DNA from: Spirochaetia bacterium
GTDB taxonomy: Bacteria > Spirochaetota > Spirochaetia > SZUA-6 > Bin103
Direction of reading: 5' to 3'
DNA: 64,000 nucleotides
Assembly: GCA_965203905.1 (NCBI GenBank)
Contig: CBDBDQ010000005.1
Coordinates: forward strand, 6,240,001 to 6,304,000
Made by a program: the position numbers and the translations under genes. The notes beneath the pieces are model-generated. The model did no database searches, had not been told where the DNA came from, and saw only the letters and a list, made by a program, of their open reading frames with translations. This document shows, one piece after another, positions 58,261 through 64,000 of this stretch. Each line of letters opens with the position of its first letter. Within the stretch, counting starts at the first letter, position 1.

Positions 58261-60149
58261 GGGCCGGCGCAAATATAAATCCCTGTAGATAGACGTAATC
58301 AAGCCGTTACGTATAGGCTGAATGGTTAGATGGACGGCTTTGGAGGCGTTATCCGTTGGATGTGGCTGCCCTTTATGGCACTATTACGATTATAGTATTC
58401 GTAATGGTGTCAGAATGAGACCTGCCCAGTACTCCAGCACCGCGCTCATCGACCTGTTCCATCAGCAGACCGTCACCACGCTGCCCGAGGTGATGGCGGC
58501 TCTCGGCACGCACGCCCGGCGCACCGCGTTCCGCAAGCTCAAGGAACTCCCCTACCGCTCCAGCTACTCCCATCGTGGCCGCTACTACACCCTCGACGAG
58601 TTCATCGACTTCGACCAACACGGGCTGTGGTCGTTCCACGACGTGCGCTTCTCGACCGCCGGCACGCTGCTCGCCACCATCGAAGCGAAGGTCAACGACG
58701 CTACGGCTGGACAGTTCAGCGAGGAGTTGGACCACCTGCTGCACGTCGGCACCCACGATGCCCTGCGCAAGCTGGTCCAGGAACGCAAGCTGAGCCGCCG
58801 GAAGGTTGCCGGTCAGTTCCTGTATTGCGCCGCCGATCGGACCCGCAAAGGGCAACAACTGAGCGCTCGGCGCGCCCTGCTGGCCGCCCCCGGACTGGTC
58901 GGACCGATACCGGATGGCGACCTCGTGCCCGCAGAACTGCGCGCCGCCATTGTGCTGTTCGCCAGCTTGCTCGACGAACGCCAGCGCCGCCTGTATGCCG
59001 GCCTGGAATCGCTGAAGTGCGGTTGGGGCGGCGACACCCGCATCGCAGCGCTGCTCGGTATCGACGCCGGTACCGTGGCCCGAGGACGCCAGCAACTGCT
59101 CTCCGGGGAGGTCGAGCGCCACCGCGTGCGCCGCCCCGGTGGCGGGCGCCATGCGGTGGAAAAAAACGCCCGAGGTGATCGCCGCGATCGAAACGATATT
59201 GCAACACGATGTCGCCGGCGATCCCATCACCGGGGTCCGTTGGACGCACCGTACCACCAACAAGATCGCCGACGAACTCGCCGCCGCCGGCATCCAGGTA
59301 TGTCCCAGAACCGTGGCTCGCATCCTCCACGGTCTCGGCTATCGGCTGCGCCTCAACCAGAAGCGGGTAGCGACCGGGTCCGGCCCGGACCGTGACCAGC
59401 AGTTCATCCATATCTCCGAACAGCGCACCAGGTTCGCCCAGTGCGACCTGCCAATCGTCAGCATCGATACCAAGAAGCGGGAACTGGTCGGCAACTTCAA
59501 GAATCCCGGTCGCGGCTGGACGAAAACTCCGCACGCCGTCAACGACCACGACTTCCGCTCCCAGGCCGACGGCATCGCCATCCCCTACGGCGTCTACGAC
59601 CTGCGCGCCAACCGCGGCTTCGTGGTGCTGGGAACCTCCCACGACACCCCCGACTTCGCCGCAGACAACCTGGTCAGATGGTGGCAACACGACGGGCTCG
59701 AACGCTACCCCGACGCTTCCGAGTTGCTGGTGCTCGCCGACTCAGGCGGCAGCAACGCACCCCGCATCCGTGCGTTCAAGTATGCCCTCCAGACCCGCCT
59801 CGCCGACCCCTACGGCCTCAAGGTCACCATCTGTCACTACCCCAGCGGCGCTTCCAAGTGGAACCCTATCGACCATCGCCTGTTCAGCGAGATCAGCAAG
59901 AACTGGGCCGGCCATCCGCTCCGCTGCTACGAAACGATTCTCAACCACATCCGCACCACCACCACTGCCACCGGGCTGCAGGTGAGCGCACTGCTGGTCG
60001 ACCAGGAGTACCCGCGCGGCGTCAAGATCACCGATGCCGAGTTCGCTTCCATCGCGCTTGAGCGTCACGACACCCAACCACTGCGCAACTACACCATCTG
60101 TCCGCGGTCTTGAACCGTCAGAAATCGGTATTTATTCTTGCGCCAGCCC
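58261..60149 (+). mobile_element. ISAzo13 family insertion sequence
   Basis: Imperfect IR GGGCCGGCGCAAATATAAAT vs GGGCTGGCGCAAGAATAAAT (reverse complement of the right end); TTA duplicated at 58258-58260 and 60150-60152. Confidence 0.88.
58415..60113 (+). CDS. ISAzo13 family transposase, split into two frames at an A7 run (59160-59166)
   Basis: Frame 1: LDERQRRLYAG...RRPGGGR. Frame 2: AGDP, DRDQQF, ISIDTKKRELVGNF, DHDF, ADSGGSN, SKWNPIDHRLFS. Confidence 0.88.
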
Positions 60150-60556
60150 TTAGCGAACTCAGCAAGGGACCTGTCACTCTCTCTGGGTCTTCCCAGTTTG
60201 GTCCACTCGAGCATCGCACGCAAGAGCTCTGGAGTCGAATAGTCCTGGATGTCCTCTTCGGAAAAGCCAGCCGTGCGTTGGCTTTCGTAGTGCCATTCCT
60301 GAAAATCTTCGTATTCCGCTAATATGCGAGTGGCCCCGAGTCTCTCGAATCCGCCTATCCCAGTGATCCAGTTCCGTACCTTCCTTACGGCGGTTTCATG
60401 GTTTCCGTGATGTGCTTGAATGTCACTTCGCTCGGTCGCAATACGGGGTTGTAGTCCGAATCGAATCAGGCAGAAAAGGACAGCCTGAAGGATTGGTTCG
60501 TACTCTGAGTCAAACGGACAATTAATGAATACGTTTCGATTGAAATTTGGCGTCAA
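60089..60556 (-). pseudogene. TIR/nucleoside-deoxyribosyltransferase-like protein with apparent internal in-frame deletion; 3' end hit by ISAzo13
   Basis: VFINCPFD...PRIATERS is fused directly to DIQAH...VRKVRNW. As I recall the family, a central IHDLS...NMPFELG block is missing. Confidence 0.6.
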
Positions 60557-60568
60557 TCAGGGTACGGT

Positions 60569-60793
60569 CTATCCTTTTGGCGGAGACGCATCTTCCCCAT
60601 AGGAGTCCCGCTCACGGATGCGACCGTCCTTCCCATGTATGTACAATTCCGTACCCTGTCGCCGCGCAGTTTCCCGTGCGGCTTCTATAGCTTCGCGCTG
60701 CGTGTCGTAATGCCGTGTTACGCGATCTGCTCCGGACTTGCGTACCGCCCACTTACCATCTCGTGGCACGACGTGTTGTGCTTTGCCGCTCAT
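60569..60793 (-). CDS. DUF2188 domain protein
   Basis: QHVVP...WAV...TQREAI..AR..A......LYIHGKDGRIRERDSYG. Confidence 0.92.
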   Translation of the reverse strand: MSGKAQHVVPRDGKWAVRKSGADRVTRHYDTQREAIEAARETARRQGTELYIHGKDGRIRERDSYGEDASPPKG

Positions 60794-60816
60794 TGGCCCT
60801 CCCGAACGATTACAGT

Positions 60817-60853
60817 TGGAGATTATATTACCCGTTATACGAAGGAATCTCCA
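60817..60853. promoter_or_regulatory. Inverted repeat over an AT-rich promoter of the DUF2188 operon
   Basis: TGGAGATT-N21-AATCTCCA, overlapping TATAAT on the minus strand. Confidence 0.5.
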
Positions 60854-60923
60854 GTACGCGTCGGCGTCTGCGGTGTCTGGTGGCGCCCACGGCCCGTGCG
60901 CGTCGCCGAGGTCTGTACTACCG

Positions 60924-62192
60924 CTACAGGCCGAGTGCCTGGTTCGCGGGGCGTTGGTAGGCGTCCAGGGTGCCGTCGATCACCTCGCTTAGGGTGACCG
61001 GCCGGCCGGCAGCCGACGACTCGTGGCAGGCGAGCACCAGCGCCACCGCGGACAGTCCCACCTCAGGGCCTACCTCCACCTCCGGCCCGCCGTCGGCGGC
61101 GTCCAGCAGCTCGGCGAGCTCCAGGGCCAGCAGCTTCAGGTCGGCGCCGCCGCCGAGACCGCCCTCGGCGTTGTCGTAGCGCGCCAGCCGCTCGCCGCCG
61201 AACAGGCGCGCCGTGCGCTCGTCGAGGGCGAAGTCGGGCACCAGCGCCAGCAGGTCGGCGTCGGCGAGTGTGCCCTCGTGGTCGTCACGGTACACCTGCA
61301 GCGGCCGGCCGCTGCGCACTCCCGGCAAGTCGATCTGCCCCTCGCTGCCGAACAGGGAGAAGCGGCGCACCCCCGGGCCGTGCACGGAATCGTCGTAGAG
61401 CCACTGGCCGAGTGCGCCGCTTGCGTGCTCCACCGTGGCCAGCAGCAGGTCGGGGGCGTCGGCCGGCGCCACTTCGGGGTTGGTGTGGGCGTAGTGGTCG
61501 TGGAACGCCTTCAGCGGAACGTCGCGGTACACCCGTTGCGGCTCGTTGAGCCGTACCCGTCCGCTCACCCGCGTGGCCGCCCCGGCCAGGTACTGCTGCA
61601 TGTCCGCGTTGTGCACCCCCGCCTCGAGGATGGGACCGCCCTCGGTACGCCGGTAGCGCCACGGCCCGGCATGGCCCGCGCTCCCACCGCCGCTGGCGGA
61701 GAGATCCACCAGCGAGCGCAGCTCACCGATGGCGCCGGCGGCAACCAGGGCCTGCGCCAGCCGGCTGATCGGGTCGCGGCGGTAGTTCTCGGCCACCGAC
61801 AGCACGCGGCCGCCCTGCGCGGCGGCGCGCTGCATGGCGCGGCAGGCCGCCACCGTGGGAGCCATCGGCTTCTCGCACAGCGCGTGCATACCGGCAGCCG
61901 CGGCCGCCTGTGCGATGCGGTGGTGCGCGGACGCCGCCGCCACGATGTCCACGACCTCCAGCTCCGGCACCGCCGCGGCGGCTTCCTCCACGGAACCGAA
62001 CGCCGCCGGCCTGCACCCAAGGAGCTGCTCCGCCTCGGCGGCCACGAACTCGGCGCGCTCCGGCTCGGGGTCGACCACCGCGGCCAGCTCCACGCGCCCC
62101 GGCTCCGCCTCGGCGAGCACCCGGTAACTGCGCAGGTGCCGGCGCCCCATGCCGCCGCAGCCGGCCAGCGCCAAGCGATGTAGTTTCGGCAT
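60924..62192 (-). CDS. Gfo/Idh/MocA family oxidoreductase
   Basis: GCGGMG, CEKPMA, AENYR, GVHNAD. Confidence 0.92.
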   Translation of the reverse strand: MPKLHRLALAGCGGMGRRHLRSYRVLAEAEPGRVELAAVVDPEPERAEFVAAEAEQLLGCRPAAFGSVEEAAAAVPELEVVDIVAAASAHHRIAQAAAAAGMHALCEKPMAPTVAACRAMQRAAAQGGRVLSVAENYRRDPISRLAQALVAAGAIGELRSLVDLSASGGGSAGHAGPWRYRRTEGGPILEAGVHNADMQQYLAGAATRVSGRVRLNEPQRVYRDVPLKAFHDHYAHTNPEVAPADAPDLLLATVEHASGALGQWLYDDSVHGPGVRRFSLFGSEGQIDLPGVRSGRPLQVYRDDHEGTLADADLLALVPDFALDERTARLFGGERLARYDNAEGGLGGGADLKLLALELAELLDAADGGPEVEVGPEVGLSAVALVLACHESSAAGRPVTLSEVIDGTLDAYQRPANQALGL

Positions 62193-62356
62193 CTATCCCT
62201 CCTCGGCGCAGGGGCGAATCGAACTTGGCCGAGCCGTCCGCCGCAGCGCCCCTCATCGTACCTCGAACCGGGCAGCGGACGAACCCGGCGCCGAACCCTG
62301 TGGGATCGGCCGCCCGCGGGCTACGCTGCCCAGGTACCCGGCATCGGTCCCCTGAC

Positions 62357-62417
62357 TTGCCTACCCACGAATTCTGCGGTAGGGTTCTAATTGACCATAG
62401 TCATGTCCATGGTCAAT
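62357..62417 (+). promoter_or_regulatory. vapBC promoter and palindromic operator
   Basis: TTGCCT-N17-TAGGGT; ATTGACCAT-N10-ATGGTCAAT at 62390-62417. Confidence 0.65.
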
Positions 62418-62442
62418 AAAGAGCATTCCAAGGTTACGCGCG

Positions 62443-62727
62443 ATGAGCACCAACGAACAACCAGCGGGCGAAGGACCGACGGTCGTCAAGGCGTCCGAAT
62501 TCAAGGCTACGTGTCTTCAGCTCATGGATCGAGTAGCGGAAACCGGCGCAGAGATCGTGATTACCAAGAACGGGCGCCCGGTGTCGCGGCTGGTCCCGTA
62601 CCGCACCAGGCCGCGCACCCTGTTCGGCATCGATCGCGGTAGAATCGAACTGGTTGGCGACATCATCGAGCCGGTAGACGTGGAGTGGGAAGCCCAACAC
62701 GGCCCACCGGGGAACGCGGGCCAGTGA
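62443..62727 (+). CDS. Phd/YefM family antitoxin
   Basis: ASEFKATCLQLMDRV...IVITKNGRPVSRLVP. Confidence 0.93.
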   Translation: MSTNEQPAGEGPTVVKASEFKATCLQLMDRVAETGAEIVITKNGRPVSRLVPYRTRPRTLFGIDRGRIELVGDIIEPVDVEWEAQHGPPGNAGQ

Positions 62728-63122
62728 TCCTGCTCGACACCCACGTGATGCTCTGGCTGAGGCTGGGTGAACCGGAGCTTGGCACCCGAGCACGCGGCGA
62801 GATCGACCGCGCGTGGCAGTCAGGCGAGGTGGCCGTGTCGGCAATCTCGTTCTGGGAGGTCGCCATGCTGAAAGCCAAGGGCCGAATAAAATTCGCCGGG
62901 GATATCGCGCCGTGGCGCAGGGAGCAGTTGGCCCAGGGCATGGTCGAGATCGCCGTCGATGGCGAAGTCGGCATCCAGGCCGTCGCTCTGGCGGACTTCC
63001 ATGCCGATCCGGCGGACCGCCTCATCGTGGCTACGGCGCTGCGCGGACACGTTCTCGCAACCGCCGACAAGAAGATTCTCGACTGGACGGGCGACGTCAA
63101 TGTGCTCGATGCACGACGTTAG
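62724..63122 (+). CDS. vapC: VapC PIN-domain toxin
   Basis: ILLDTH, SAISFWEV, HADPADRLIVATA, LATAD; GTGA overlap. Confidence 0.93.
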   Translation: MILLDTHVMLWLRLGEPELGTRARGEIDRAWQSGEVAVSAISFWEVAMLKAKGRIKFAGDIAPWRREQLAQGMVEIAVDGEVGIQAVALADFHADPADRLIVATALRGHVLATADKKILDWTGDVNVLDARR

Positions 63123-63231
63123 GAGCTGTCGGTCACCGCGGCCCGCAACGGCATAGGCAAACGGGCGCCGATCACGTAAGCTGTAGCGAGCGTTGCCCTG
63201 GTACCGGCAGCGGCACAAGGAGAGCGACACA

Positions 63232-63873
63232 GTGATTCGGACCGACCTGGGCCGGCGCATCGAGCTGGTCGCGATGGATCCGCACTTCCACGACATCACG
63301 GTAGCGCTGCACCGCGCGGCGGGCGCGGACGGTGGCCCGGCGTACGACATCAACAGCTACAGCACCAGGGATGGTGCCCGCGAACGGCTGGCGGGGATTG
63401 CCGCGGCGATGCAGGAGGTGGCCGGCATGGAGGCCTCCCCCGAGTCGCCGTTGCGGGTTCGCTTCGCCTGCGGCGAGGCGCACGAGCAGGCCACGCGGCG
63501 CGCCTTCATCGAGGCCTGCAAGCTGGACCCGGGCCAGCCGCTGGAACCGCGTCCGATGGAGTTGTACGACAAGAAGACCGACGCCACCATCCGGGTCATC
63601 GCCGAGGGTGGCGGCCGGTACCGCGCAACCGCGGATGCGGACGGGGCCAAGGTGGTGCGGCGGGTCGCCACGGTGGCCGGCGGCCTGGTGAAGCTGGCCG
63701 GCATGGAGCCGGTACCGGCCTCCATCGACCAGGTACGCTTTGCCTGCGGCTACGACCACCATCAGCTGGTGGCGATGCTGCTGAAACTGGCGCTGAACGC
63801 GCGCGGCGTGCTGCGCGAGCAGGAACTGGCGGCGGCGCGCGGCGTGCTGGCCGCCCCCAGCCAGCAACGCTGA
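63232..63873 (+). CDS. Conserved hypothetical protein with duplicated VRFACGxxH motif
   Basis: RBS AAGGAG, GTG start; GRRIELVAMDPHFHDI; normal codon use. Confidence 0.7.
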   Translation: MIRTDLGRRIELVAMDPHFHDITVALHRAAGADGGPAYDINSYSTRDGARERLAGIAAAMQEVAGMEASPESPLRVRFACGEAHEQATRRAFIEACKLDPGQPLEPRPMELYDKKTDATIRVIAEGGGRYRATADADGAKVVRRVATVAGGLVKLAGMEPVPASIDQVRFACGYDHHQLVAMLLKLALNARGVLREQELAAARGVLAAPSQQR

Positions 63874-63900
63874 GCCGGCGAGGAGCGAAGAGAGGTTGCC

Positions 63901-64000
63901 ATGAAACAGATGAACGGACGCCAGCGCACGCTGGCCGCTCTGGCCGGGGAGCCGGTCGACCGTACCCCGATCTGCAACCCCACCTCCGTGGCCACCGTGG
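63901..64000 (+). CDS. Uroporphyrinogen decarboxylase/MtaA-CmuA methyltransferase family, 5' fragment
   Basis: MNGRQRTLAALAGEPVDRTPICNPTSVATV; runs off the window. Confidence 0.65.
   Translation, partial: MKQMNGRQRTLAALAGEPVDRTPICNPTSVATV

Noticed and set aside
56230-60149. Composite transposon formed by the two IS elements
   Set aside because: Different families, each with its own IRs and its own target duplication, so they are independent insertions.
1-64000. CRISPR array, tRNA or rRNA
   Set aside because: No regularly spaced repeats, cas genes or recognisable structural RNA seen by eye; a covariance-model scan was not possible.

Overview
GC-rich bacterial chromosomal window. The amidase-GerMN, xseAB, DUF192 and NusG-II content suggests a spirochaete-like organism, but that is inference. 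From left to right: (1) a GH29 alpha-L-fucosidase and sugar-ABC locus interrupted twice by lower-GC defence-type DNA; (2) a ~14 kb defence island (9.6-23.9 kb) beginning at a 100-bp duplication of a permease 3' end. It holds an HhH-glycosylase-like/DUF2971 pair, a dead PLD-helicase fragment, a coupled PLD-SNF2 helicase / N6-MTase / YhcG / DprA-like / AAA-PDDEXK operon, and a degenerate class III cyclase with a KptA/ART-like-HEAT fusion; (3) SDR, UxuA-like, a Liv-type ABC transporter, housekeeping genes and a form II-like coxGSLM cluster; (4) two paralogous, convergent peptide-type ABC operons without ATPases, bracketing a beta-propeller hydrolase and a Panacea antitoxin with a dead RelE-like toxin; (5) an IS1182 element between a promoter and an RBS, an ISAzo13 element, a DUF2188 operon with an internally deleted partner, vapBC and the start of an MtaA/CmuA-like gene. 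I saw no rRNA, tRNA or CRISPR array. All family calls come from motif recognition by eye, not database searches. Several single-base frameshifts lie in homopolymers and may be assembly errors.
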